Numbered from the stretch's first letter, positions 1 to 10,564 are shown. The stretch: 32,048 nucleotides of DNA from an uncultured Anaerolineaceae bacterium (GCA_964519845.1 CAZFLI010000001.1:1-32048); one strand, 5' to 3'. Notes: generated by a model not told the origin, from the letters alone. A program made the numbers and translations.

Positions 1-1271
1 GCCCAGACCGATCCCCCGCCCAGGACGGGCGGCCAACCGGCGGCCCTGGTTTGCCAGCCCAGGGCGATCTTGCCGCTCGGCGAGATGGTGATCTGCCTGA
101 TCCAGGCATGGCAGCCGATGTAGATGGTGCTGCCATCGCGGGCCGTGCCGCCGTAGGCATAGAGGCAGATGGCGGCGGCCGAGACCTGCCCGCCGATCCC
201 GCCCAGGTCGCCGCGGCGCAGCACGTAGCCGACACCGCTCTTGCCCACGATGAAGAGATATCCGCCGGGCACCAGGGTGGGGCTCGAGGATCCAAGGTCG
301 TCGTCGGCGATGTTGTCCTGGGCCCAATTCGAGGGGGCGAAGAGCGATTGCTGTTTCAGGTCGCTCGACAGTCGCATGACCGAGTTGCTGCCGTCGTAGG
401 TGGTGATGGAAGCGCCGTTGCCGGTGGCCACGTAGATGTCGCCGGCCTCGTCCACCACCGGGCCGGCCGGCGACCAGATGGCCCCCATTCGCGCCGTCGG
501 GACGCGGTAGACGATCATCTCGCCCTCGCCGCCGGTCGGAATGCCGACGACCTTGCCGGTGTACTGGCCGCAGTCCCCCGAGAGGCCCCCGTAGCCGAAG
601 TAGACGTAGCCGTGGGCGACGACGAGAGCGGCTCGCTGCTGATGGGTGCTGGGATCGTCGCCGGGGACATCCACGTTGCGCGACCAGCGAACCTGCCCCG
701 TCTCCGGGTCCAGGGCGAACATGACGTGCTCCGGACCGGTCCGCTCGGCCACGAAGAACAGCGAGCCTGTCTCCGGATCGTAGGCCGGCGTCCCGGTGAT
801 GCCGAGTGGATCGATGCTGCCGCACGGCAGCGCCTTGAGGGGCACGGGCGAGCCGAAGCTGCCGGACCAGATCACGCCGCCGGTCGCGGGATCCAGCGAA
901 TAGACGCTGTTGTTCTCCGTGGCCACGATGACGCGGCCGTTCAGGACCAGCGGCTCGGCGTAGACGGCGCCGTCGAGGTCCGCCGTCCAGGCCTTCACCA
1001 GAGGTGGCCGCAGGGCCGGAAAGTCGGGGTTGAGGCCGCTCCGCCCGTTGTCGTGGTGGTATGTCGGCCAGTCGGCCGGGCCCGGACGTCGAGTGGGCGT
1101 GGGGCTCGGCGTGGGAGCGGCCGGCGTGGCCGAAATCGCGGCCGAGGCGGTGGGACCGCCGGGCGACGCGGCGGGCGTCGGCGAGAAGGCGGTCGGGTCG
1201 GCCGGCGCGGTGCCGCATGAGGCGGCCACTGCCAGCGCGAGCAGGATCGGGACTCGGCGATACGCGCTCAT
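1..1271 (-). CDS. PQQ-like beta-propeller repeat lipoprotein (BamB/YfgL-like fold); the C-terminal part runs off the window
   Basis: This gene is absent from the ORF track because no stop codon lies in the window. My reverse-complement read from the ATG at 1271..1269 gives MSAYRRVPILLALAVAASCGTAPADPTAFSPTPAASPGG..., followed by propeller-type blades (NGRVIVATENNSVYSLDPATGGVIW, GITGTPAYDPETGSLFF, and others). GAGGAG lies 7 nt upstream of the ATG. The N-terminus is a signal peptide ending in an AASC lipobox-like cysteine. The listed + ORF 51..1220 is its Arg/Gly-rich antisense shadow. Confidence 0.7.
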   Translation of the reverse strand, partial: MSAYRRVPILLALAVAASCGTAPADPTAFSPTPAASPGGPTASAAISATPAAPTPSPTPTRRPGPADWPTYHHDNGRSGLNPDFPALRPPLVKAWTADLDGAVYAEPLVLNGRVIVATENNSVYSLDPATGGVIWSGSFGSPVPLKALPCGSIDPLGITGTPAYDPETGSLFFVAERTGPEHVMFALDPETGQVRWSRNVDVPGDDPSTHQQRAALVVAHGYVYFGYGGLSGDCGQYTGKVVGIPTGGEGEMIVYRVPTARMGAIWSPAGPVVDEAGDIYVATGNGASITTYDGSNSVMRLSSDLKQQSLFAPSNWAQDNIADDDLGSSSPTLVPGGYLFIVGKSGVGYVLRRGDLGGIGGQVSAAAICLYAYGGTARDGSTIYIGCHAWIRQITISPSGKIALGWQTRAAGWPPVLGGGSVW

Positions 1272-1377
1272 CGGTCTGCTCCTCGCGGGCGGTGCCTCCC
1301 AATATAGCCGCTATCGCCCCCAGCCCGGCGCAGAGTCGTGAGGACACTCGAATGCCCGGACGGCTAGTCTTGGTGGG

Positions 1378-2472
1378 ATGACCGCTACCGCCTCGCGACC
1401 GGCCGCAACCGACGCCACGAGCCTGCCGCCCAGGCCGCGCCTGCTCGTCGTGGGCGGCGGCGCGGTCGGCTCGTTCTTGGGCACGCTGCTGGCCCTGGAG
1501 GGGTACGACCTGACGCTGGTCCGACCCTACGGGCCCGGCAGCGGCGTGGGGCCCATCGCCCTGGTCAGACCGAACGGCGAGCGTCGGTCCGTCGTCGTCG
1601 ATCGTGTCCTGCGGGTGGAAGAGGCCTCCGAACCGGACCTGATCCTGGCCGGGGTGAAGATGCCCGTTTTGGCCGAGGCGCTGGCGCCCACGCTGCGCTG
1701 GCCGCGGGTGCCGACGCTGACCGTCCAGAACGGCATCGGGGCCGAAGAGATCGCGGCTCGGGTCAGGCCGGACGCCATCCGTCTGGCCGGCTCGCTGACG
1801 GCCCCGATCGAGCTGACGCCACAGGACGAGGTCCGCTGGCTGGGCAAAGGCGGCATCGCCCTGGCGCCGGTCACGGCAACCGCGTCGCCCTGGGTGGATC
1901 GCCTGGCCGCCGATTTCGAGCGGGCCGGCCTGCGCTCGGCCCGTCTGCCGGATGCCCCGTCGATGAAATGGTCGAAGCTGGTAGCCAACCTCATGGCCAA
2001 CGCGACCGGCGCCATCCTGGACATGGACGCCGCCGCCATCTACCGCGAGCCGCGGCTGTTCGCCGTGGAGAAGGCTCAGCTGAGCGAGGCTCTGGCCGTC
2101 ATGCGAGCCCAGGGATTGAAGCCCGTGGCGCTGCCCCGGGCGGCGGTCCCCTGGCTGGCCCGCGCCACTCGCCTGCCCAGTTGGCTCGCCAGGCCGATCG
2201 CGGTGCGCGTAGTCGGCGGGGCGCGGGGCAGCAAGCTGCCGTCGCTACGGCTGCATATGCGGGCCCTGGGCGAGGCCGCGGCCAGCGAGCCCACCGAGGC
2301 GGAGTGGATGAACGGCGCCGTCGCCCGCCGGGCCGGCGAATTGGGAGTCGCCGCTCCGGTCAACGAGCGACTGGCCGCGATCGTGGCTGACGTGGCCCTC
2401 CACCCCGAGCGCCGCGAGTGGTTCCGCGGACGCCCGGACCGGCTGCTGGCGGAACTGCCGGCGGCCCGCTGA
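1378..2472 (+). CDS. 2-dehydropantoate 2-reductase family protein (ApbA/PanE-like NAD(P)-binding oxidoreductase)
   Basis: The N-terminus has the Rossmann motif LLVVGGGAVGSFLGTLLA. The family-typical KWSKLVANLMANATGAILD segment is present. ORF length is 364 aa and third codon positions are GC-rich. Confidence 0.75.
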   Translation: MTATASRPAATDATSLPPRPRLLVVGGGAVGSFLGTLLALEGYDLTLVRPYGPGSGVGPIALVRPNGERRSVVVDRVLRVEEASEPDLILAGVKMPVLAEALAPTLRWPRVPTLTVQNGIGAEEIAARVRPDAIRLAGSLTAPIELTPQDEVRWLGKGGIALAPVTATASPWVDRLAADFERAGLRSARLPDAPSMKWSKLVANLMANATGAILDMDAAAIYREPRLFAVEKAQLSEALAVMRAQGLKPVALPRAAVPWLARATRLPSWLARPIAVRVVGGARGSKLPSLRLHMRALGEAAASEPTEAEWMNGAVARRAGELGVAAPVNERLAAIVADVALHPERREWFRGRPDRLLAELPAAR

Positions 2473-2477
2473 GGCCG

Positions 2478-2505
2478 CCCGGCCGATCCCGGCCGATCCC
2501 GGCCG
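2478..2505. repeat. Short tandem direct repeat (GGCCGATCCC x2 plus a partial copy) in the intergenic spacer upstream of plsY
   Basis: Read directly from the sequence: cccGGCCGATCCCGGCCGATCCCGGCCGg, between the stop at 2472 and the plsY ATG at 2541. Confidence 0.6.
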
Positions 2506-2540
2506 GCCCTACCCCGATTCGAGTCCTTATACTTCGCCCG

Positions 2541-3149
2541 ATGCAGTTCACAGACATCGTCATGGTTGGCGTCGCCGTCACCGCCGGATTCGCCCTGGGC
2601 GGCATTCCATTCGGCATCATCGTTCCGCGCCTGATCGGCGGGCCCGACCCGCGAACCATCGGCAGCGGGCGCACCGGCGGGGCCAACGTCTCGCGCGCGG
2701 TCGGCTATCGCTGGGCTCTCGTGTCCGGCCTGCTGGACGTCGCCAAGGGCTCGGCGGCCGTGCTGCTGATCGCGCTCCTGGGCGGCGGTGTGGTGCCCCA
2801 GGTGCTGGCCGCCCTGGCCGCGATAGTCGGCCACAGCCGCTCGCCGTTCATCGGCTTTCATGGCGGCCGGGGCGTGGCGCCGGCAACGGGTGGGGCGCTG
2901 ATCATCGCCCCTCTCATTCTGGCGGTCATCTTCCCCATCTTCGCCCTGACGATCTTGATCACCCGCATCTCGTCGCTGGGATCGCTGGGGGCGAGCGCAA
3001 TCGGAGGTGCGGCCATGGTCGCCGCCACGGCGCTGATCCCGCTGGCGCCCATCTACTACCTGTACGGAGTCGGCGTCCCGACGCTCATCTGGTTGTTCCA
3101 CGCCGACAACATCGAGCGCCTGCTGTCCGGCCGCGAGCGGCGCGTCTAG
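2541..3149 (+). CDS. plsY: Glycerol-3-phosphate acyltransferase PlsY
   Basis: I place the internal ATG at 2541 of track ORF 2418..3149. The product is MQFTDIVMVGVAVTAGFALGGIPFGIIV...GSGRTGGANVSRAVG...GHSRSPFIGFHGGRGVAPATG, which matches the PlsY signatures G-S-G-N-x-G-A-x-N and F-x-G-G-K-G-V-A. It is a multi-pass membrane protein. Confidence 0.88.
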   Translation: MQFTDIVMVGVAVTAGFALGGIPFGIIVPRLIGGPDPRTIGSGRTGGANVSRAVGYRWALVSGLLDVAKGSAAVLLIALLGGGVVPQVLAALAAIVGHSRSPFIGFHGGRGVAPATGGALIIAPLILAVIFPIFALTILITRISSLGSLGASAIGGAAMVAATALIPLAPIYYLYGVGVPTLIWLFHADNIERLLSGRERRV

Positions 3150-3314
3150 CCCGGACAAGGCCGCCCAGGTCTCGGACCTGATCTCGCGGCCGGCGACGCT
3201 CGCGGGGCGAGACGGCCGGCCCCTGTTATGCGGTTTGCAAGCGGGCTGCTGCACTCTTCTGGGGTTACGGGTGGTGGCCCGACGGCTAGAGGCCCTGGCG
3301 GGAGGATTCGAGCC

Positions 3315-3896
3315 GTGCTACAGGAGACATCGCTCGACGCTGCGCAGACAGGCGTCGATTTCGTGGCATTCGCGGACGACTGCCGGGTTGTAGGCAAGGT
3401 CGACCTGGCAGACGCGCGCCTGGCGGATCTGATGAACCGCCAGGAGACGATCCTGGTCCGCGAATGCGTCGTCACCAGCACGGCCGACGGCCATGTCCGG
3501 AGCTTCGACCTCCTTGAGATCTCGCGAGACGAGCTGGATATCGTCGTGGTGACCGGCCCGCGCGGCGATCCCACCCGCCGCCTGGCGACCAGGCCGGCCG
3601 AAGTGGCGATGCAGCTGGGTCCCTACAGCGCGGCCGGCTTCATACACGGCCCACCCACGGCCAACCCGGTTCGCGGCTTCTTCAACAGGCCGGTCATGGT
3701 GGCCATGACGGAGGCCGTGCTCGAGTACCAATACTGTCGCGAATCCGTTGAGGAGCGGTTCCACACCGTCCTCATCAACCGGCGCCTGGCTGAGTCGTTG
3801 CACCTCCTGGAAGGCTACCTGACGGCGCCCGGGATGCTCGAGCCGTCCGGGGAGGCCGCCTCTACCGATCCAGAAGCTGCCCCGCCAGCTCCCTGA
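3315..3896 (+). CDS. Hypothetical protein (about 193 aa) with no recognisable family
   Basis: This uses the frame of track ORF 3228..3896. I prefer the GTG at 3315 because GGGAGG lies about 10 nt upstream. Third-position G/C bias is coding-like and the amino-acid composition is balanced (VLQETSLDAAQTGVDFVAFADDCRVVGKVDLADARLADLMN...). The start codon is uncertain. Confidence 0.55.
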   Translation: MLQETSLDAAQTGVDFVAFADDCRVVGKVDLADARLADLMNRQETILVRECVVTSTADGHVRSFDLLEISRDELDIVVVTGPRGDPTRRLATRPAEVAMQLGPYSAAGFIHGPPTANPVRGFFNRPVMVAMTEAVLEYQYCRESVEERFHTVLINRRLAESLHLLEGYLTAPGMLEPSGEAASTDPEAAPPAP

Positions 3897-5916
3897 CCGT
3901 CTCGGCGTCGCTGGCGGCCAGAGACTGCTGGGCCAGTTCGGCCAGTTCCGCCGACGAGGCCCCTGCCAGAGCGGCTCGTACGCCGTCGAGCGAGGCCGGA
4001 TCGGCCGACAGTTGGCCCACACCCAGACCCGCCAGGACCAGCGCCCCGGCCGGATCGCCGGCCAGTTCCCCGCACGCCGCGATGGGAATACCGGCCGTCT
4101 GCGCCCCCGCCACGACCGCGGCCACCGTCCGCAGCACGGCCGGGTGGAGGGCGTCCTGCAGCCGGGCCAGGGAGGGATTGCCCCGATCCGCGGCCAGCAC
4201 GTACTGCGTCAGGTCGTTCGTGCCGATACTGAAGAAATCGGCCAGCCGGGCCAGTTCGGGAGCCATCGCCGCCGCCGACGGCACTTCGATCATCAGGCCG
4301 GTGATCATGCGCTCCGGGCAGGGCTGTCCGGCAGCCGAGACGGCGGTTCGAGCCTCGTCGCGGAGCTCCACCAGGAGCCGCGCGTCGGCCACCGTCGTGA
4401 CCATGGCCGCCATGACGTGAGGCGTGACGCCGGCCAGCCCGGCGGCTCGCCAGACGGCCCTCAGCTGGACCAGCAGCAGTTCACGCGAGCCGTGGGCCAG
4501 TCGGATGGCCCTCACGCCCAGGAACGGGTTCGGCTCTTCGGGCAGGCCGAGGTAGGGGATCTCCTTGTCGCCACCGATGTCGGCCAGGCGGATCACGACC
4601 GGTCGATCGGGCCCGAACGCTTCCATCGCCTGCCGGTAGGCGGTCACCTGCTCCTCTTCACCGGGAGGCGCCTGTCGGCGCATGAACAGGTACTCGGTCC
4701 GGAAAAGGCCCACTCCTTCGGCGCCGGCGGCGATGGCCCGGGGCGCATCCTCCGGGCTGCGGATGTTGGCCAGCAGGGCGACACGTCTGCCGTCGGATGT
4801 GGCGCCGGGGCGATCCCGCAGCGCGGCGGCTTCGGCGGCCCGGGTGGCGCGCTCGAGGCGGCGCGCCTCCAGCATCTCGAGATCGGTCCGATCCGGGTCC
4901 ACGAAGACCTCGCCGGTGTCGCCATCGAGAGCCAACGCCGCGACCGGGGCATCGCCGCCCAGCGCATCCACGAGCCCAAAGGCCGCGACCACGGCGGGGA
5001 TGCCCAAACCGCGGGCCAGGATGGCCAGGTGCGACGACGGGGTGCCGCACTCCACTGCCAGTCCCAGCAGCAGGCCCGGCGGAATCTCCGCCACCAGCGA
5101 TGGGGGCACGTCGCGAGCGGCGACGATCGACGGCCGGTCCGGCAGGGCGGCGGCGCCTCCGAGCAGGAGACGAGCAATGCGCGCGCCCACGTCACGAACG
5201 TCGGCGGCCCGCGCGGCCAGGACTTCGTCCCGCAGCCCGGCCATGGCCCGCGCCGAGGCCTCGGTCGAGGCCAGCACTGCCGCCCCCGGCTCCAGGCCGG
5301 CCGCGACCAGTCGGACGGCGGTATCGACCAGGACCGGATCGACTGCCATCAGGGCCTGGGCTTCCAGGATGCCCGCGTCGCCCGGATGGCCGAACTCGCG
5401 CAGCCGGTCGGCCAGCCGGCCCAGCTCGGCCGAGGCGGCGCCGGCCGCCTCCCGCAGGCGCTGCTCGGGGCTCGCCTCGGCGTCCGAAACAGCGATCGGC
5501 GGGGCTTCCCACTCCGGCCGCCAGACCGGCCCCACGGCAATCCCGGGCGCGCCGGCGATGCCGGCGATACGGGACGGGTGTTCCTGTCCGGGCACCTCCC
5601 CCGTCGCGGCGGCCGGGGGTTGGCCGCGATCACGTTCCCCCGGCTGAGCGGGTCCTTCCGCGCCCAGCAGCCCGGCCAGCGCCTCCAGGGCCGCATCCTC
5701 GTCCGGGCCCTCGGCCCACAGCCGCACGCGGTGGCCCCTCTCGATCCCGGCCGAGATGATCTCCGTCACACTCCGCGCGTCGACCGGCTGCCCGGCCAGA
5801 GTGACGTTCTCCAGACGGACCCTCGAGACGAAGCCGGACACGGCCTTCACGAAGTCCGCCGCCGGCCGAGCGTGCAGACCCGACTCGCCTCGAACCTGCG
5901 TCTCGATGGACTTCAC
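3862..5916 (-). CDS. ptsI: Fused HPr-domain / PEP-protein phosphotransferase (PTS Enzyme I)
   Basis: Track ORF 3862..6234 was trimmed to the GTG at 5916. This gives VKSIETQVRGESGLHARPA, placing the phosphorylatable His at residue 15 as in HPr. A GAGAGGCGGAG SD-like run lies upstream. A linker of about 40 aa is followed by EI hallmarks: GIAGAPGIAVGPV, the active-site TPSSHLAILARGLGIPAV, and SIGTNDLTQY. Confidence 0.85.
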   Translation of the reverse strand: MKSIETQVRGESGLHARPAADFVKAVSGFVSRVRLENVTLAGQPVDARSVTEIISAGIERGHRVRLWAEGPDEDAALEALAGLLGAEGPAQPGERDRGQPPAAATGEVPGQEHPSRIAGIAGAPGIAVGPVWRPEWEAPPIAVSDAEASPEQRLREAAGAASAELGRLADRLREFGHPGDAGILEAQALMAVDPVLVDTAVRLVAAGLEPGAAVLASTEASARAMAGLRDEVLAARAADVRDVGARIARLLLGGAAALPDRPSIVAARDVPPSLVAEIPPGLLLGLAVECGTPSSHLAILARGLGIPAVVAAFGLVDALGGDAPVAALALDGDTGEVFVDPDRTDLEMLEARRLERATRAAEAAALRDRPGATSDGRRVALLANIRSPEDAPRAIAAGAEGVGLFRTEYLFMRRQAPPGEEEQVTAYRQAMEAFGPDRPVVIRLADIGGDKEIPYLGLPEEPNPFLGVRAIRLAHGSRELLLVQLRAVWRAAGLAGVTPHVMAAMVTTVADARLLVELRDEARTAVSAAGQPCPERMITGLMIEVPSAAAMAPELARLADFFSIGTNDLTQYVLAADRGNPSLARLQDALHPAVLRTVAAVVAGAQTAGIPIAACGELAGDPAGALVLAGLGVGQLSADPASLDGVRAALAGASSAELAELAQQSLAASDAETVRELAGQLLDR

Positions 5917-6000
5917 CGCGCCACACTCCGCCTCTCTGCCAGGGCACCGAATCCCATGCTCCAGTATCGTAACCGCCGCATCTCGTGCCCCTCCTGAACC

Positions 6001-6046
6001 TGGCATGATGGATAGCCACCCCAAGGGCACACACCCAGGAGTATCC
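6001..6046 (+). promoter_or_regulatory. Candidate extended -10 promoter (TGGCATGAT) plus a CCCAGGAGTATCC box upstream of the TPR gene; both elements recur upstream of copA
   Basis: TGGCATGAT lies at 6001..6009 and CCCAGGAGTATCC at 6034..6046. The same 9-mer and 13-mer occur at 8166..8174 and 8178..8190. GGATAGCC (6010..6017) is imperfectly complementary to GGAGTATCC. Confidence 0.35.
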
Positions 6047-6055
6047 GCTCTGGCG

Positions 6056-8110
6056 ATGGATCGCGGTTCAACAAGGAAGGACGCGCCCGAGGTCCCGGCG
6101 ATTGCCGGCCTGGCAGCGCTGCAGGACCTCGACATCCTGCTGGAGACGATCCCGGAAGAGGAAGCTCGGCGGACCGTCTGCCGGCAGGTCATGGGCGCCC
6201 GCAAGAAGCTGCTCGGCCCGGAGCACCCGGCCACGCTCGAGGCCGAGGCCTACGTCGCGGCCCTGAGCCTGCAGCTGGACGATTGGTCGTCCGCCCGCGA
6301 CCAGTACTCAATGCTGCTGGATCGTTGCGAGCGAATCCTCGGCCCGCGTCATCTCGACACCCTGTCGGCTGCGCACGGCCTGGCCGTGGCCCTGTCCTAC
6401 CTTGGCCGCCCGGATGAGGCCCGCCATCTGTACGAGCGAGTGGCCTCCGGCCGCATGAATTCGCTGGGGCCGGACAACCCGGCCACGATGAGCGCCCTTC
6501 ACAACCTGGGTCTCACCCAGCGCGCCGTCGCCGACGACGCCTCGGCCAGGGGCACGCTGGAGACCCTGCTCGAGGTCCAGCGCAAGACCCTGGGCCGGGA
6601 CAGCATAGCCACGATCCGCACCCTGGCCAACCTGGGCAGCTGCCTTCTGGCCCTGGGCGACTACGGCAGGGCCAGCAAGGTCCTGGCCGAGAGGGTCGAG
6701 CGCAGCCGCCGGGTTCTCGGCTCGAACCACGCCGACACGATCGACGCCATGCTCAGCCTGGCTCGAGCCCTGGTCGGAGCCGGCGACCACGTCTCAGGAC
6801 GGACGCTGTCCGAGCAGGCCCTGGCGGCCGCGATCGCCGCCCTGGGGCACGAGAGCGCGCCTACCCTGGCCGCCCGTGGCCAGCACGGCCGGCTGCTCCT
6901 CAAGCTGGGCGACGCGGCCGGCGCCGCGGAGGTCTACGACGATCTCTATCGGCGCCTGAAGCGCAGCCACGGACCCGACGACGTGGCCACCCTGGATGCC
7001 CTGGCCGGGCTGGCCGACGCACTGGGCCAGACGGGCCAGCATGCCCGAGCCCGCAAGATCGACGAGCAGCTCTACGAGGCGCGCAGCCGGGTGCTGGGCC
7101 CGGATCACGCGGCCACCCAGTGGGCCCTGGGCGATCTGGCCTGGAACCTGGAGCGGCTGGGAGAGCTCGACGAGTCGGCCGTCCACTTCCGCGAACTGGG
7201 AGAAATCAGGCTACGTGTCCTGGGCCCCGAGGCACCCGACACGCTGTGGGCCCTGACGGGGCTGGCCCGCGTGCTGGCCGCTGCCGAGAAGCACGAGGCG
7301 GCCCTGGAGGCCTACGGCATCCTGCATGAGTACACGGCCACGGCCTTCGGCCCCGAGGGCGATGAGTCCCTGGCAGCGGGCGAGGGCTACGCCTGGGAGT
7401 TGGGCAAGCTGGGCGAACTCGAGAAGGCGCGCGCCCGCTGGCAGGAGTTGGCCAACGCCTACGAGCGAACGCACGGCCCCAAGTTCGAGCGAACGCTCGA
7501 CTGCCTGCTCTGGCTGGCCGAGACGCAGGAGAAGCTCGAGGAGCGCTTCGCGGCCCGGGCCAACTACGAGCGCATCGCCGGGCCCTACGGCCCGCTTTTC
7601 GCCCACAGCCGGGAGGCCGACGGCCCAGACGATCCTCACACCCTGCGCCTCGCCCACAACCTGGGTCTGGTCATGGAGCGGCTGGGGCAGCTGGACGCGG
7701 CCATGGCCACGTACAAGAGCGCCCTGGAGGGCTACACCCGCCTCTACGGCCCGCGCCATCGCAAGGTGGCCGACATGAAGGCCCACTTCGGCGACGTGCT
7801 GTGCCGGCAGGGCGACCCGACCACCGGCCGGACCCGCTACGCCGAGGCCCTGGCGATCCTGCGCAAGTTCCCCGGACCGGACGACCCCGACACGCTCGAG
7901 GTCATGCGCCACGACGCGGAGGCGCTGCTGGCGCTGGGCCGCAAGGTGGCCGCCCGCCGCGAGGCCCGTCTGGTCCTCGAGACCCTGCACCGCACGCTCG
8001 GCCCGGACAACCCTCTGAGCAGGCGCGCCGAGGCTCAGCTGGAGCGGCTGACGCCACGCCGCCGCCGCAGGGCCGCCAAAGAGGCCTCGGAGCCCGTTCC
8101 GGCCGGCTGA
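6056..8110 (+). CDS. Tetratricopeptide-repeat protein: about 15 tandem TPR_10/12 (kinesin-light-chain-like) units with no other domain
   Basis: Uses the frame of track ORF 5756..8110. A 42-aa periodic motif recurs about 15 times: LGPEHPATL, LGPRHLDTL, LGPDNPATM, LGRDSIATI, LGSNHADTI, HGPDDVATL, LGPDHAATQ, LGPEAPDTL, DGPDDPHTL, PGPDDPDTL, LGPDNPLSR and others. The start is set at ATG 6056, downstream of the putative promoter. In-frame ATGs at 6005 and 6008 are alternatives. Confidence 0.8.
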   Translation: MDRGSTRKDAPEVPAIAGLAALQDLDILLETIPEEEARRTVCRQVMGARKKLLGPEHPATLEAEAYVAALSLQLDDWSSARDQYSMLLDRCERILGPRHLDTLSAAHGLAVALSYLGRPDEARHLYERVASGRMNSLGPDNPATMSALHNLGLTQRAVADDASARGTLETLLEVQRKTLGRDSIATIRTLANLGSCLLALGDYGRASKVLAERVERSRRVLGSNHADTIDAMLSLARALVGAGDHVSGRTLSEQALAAAIAALGHESAPTLAARGQHGRLLLKLGDAAGAAEVYDDLYRRLKRSHGPDDVATLDALAGLADALGQTGQHARARKIDEQLYEARSRVLGPDHAATQWALGDLAWNLERLGELDESAVHFRELGEIRLRVLGPEAPDTLWALTGLARVLAAAEKHEAALEAYGILHEYTATAFGPEGDESLAAGEGYAWELGKLGELEKARARWQELANAYERTHGPKFERTLDCLLWLAETQEKLEERFAARANYERIAGPYGPLFAHSREADGPDDPHTLRLAHNLGLVMERLGQLDAAMATYKSALEGYTRLYGPRHRKVADMKAHFGDVLCRQGDPTTGRTRYAEALAILRKFPGPDDPDTLEVMRHDAEALLALGRKVAARREARLVLETLHRTLGPDNPLSRRAEAQLERLTPRRRRRAAKEASEPVPAG

Positions 8111-8165
8111 GCCGGCGGGCGGCGTTCCGCCCAGCGCAAGCCTCCGTGCGTCGTTCCACCGACCG

Positions 8166-8191
8166 TGGCATGATACTCCCCAGGAGTATCC
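8166..8191 (+). promoter_or_regulatory. copA control region: TGGCATGAT (extended -10-like) overlapping a perfect inverted repeat GATACTCC-cca-GGAGTATC that contains the Shine-Dalgarno sequence
   Basis: Read directly: TGGCATGAT 8166..8174, GATACTCC 8172..8179, spacer 8180..8182, GGAGTATC 8183..8190, ATG at 8192. Confidence 0.5.
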
Positions 8192-10492
<2,301 letters not shown>

Positions 10493-10500
10493 GACGCCGC

Positions 10501-10527
10501 CCGTACCATCAGGCTGCCGTGGTACGG
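10501..10527 (+). terminator. Stem-loop just after the copA stop (CCGTACCA / TGGTACGG, 11-nt loop); no U-tract
   Basis: The 8-bp perfect stem begins 9 nt after the TGA at 10490..10492. Because there is no T-run, assignment as a terminator is weak. Confidence 0.25.
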
Positions 10528-10564
10528 ATGGCTTGGCCGAAAGCGAGCCACTACCATCGAGGCT

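Noticed and set aside
51-1220. 389-aa + strand ORF at the left edge of the window
   Set aside because: Its composition is Arg/Gly/Ala/Asp-rich with no motifs. It is the antisense shadow of a clean PQQ-propeller lipoprotein gene on the minus strand, which the track omits because that gene has no stop in the window.
4012-5997. 661-aa + strand ORF, plus several 100-320-aa ORFs within 4082..5759
   Set aside because: These are antisense or alternate frames of the HPr-EI gene. They have extreme Arg/Gly/Pro content and no domain signatures, which is typical of GC-rich shadow ORFs.
5917-6234. 106-codon N-terminal extension of the ptsI ORF (track start 6234)
   Set aside because: The extension runs across the divergent TPR gene's promoter and start. 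Its translation (MAGCSGPSSFLRAPMTCRQT...) has no PTS similarity. The GTG at 5916 places the HPr active-site His exactly at residue 15 and has an SD-like run upstream.
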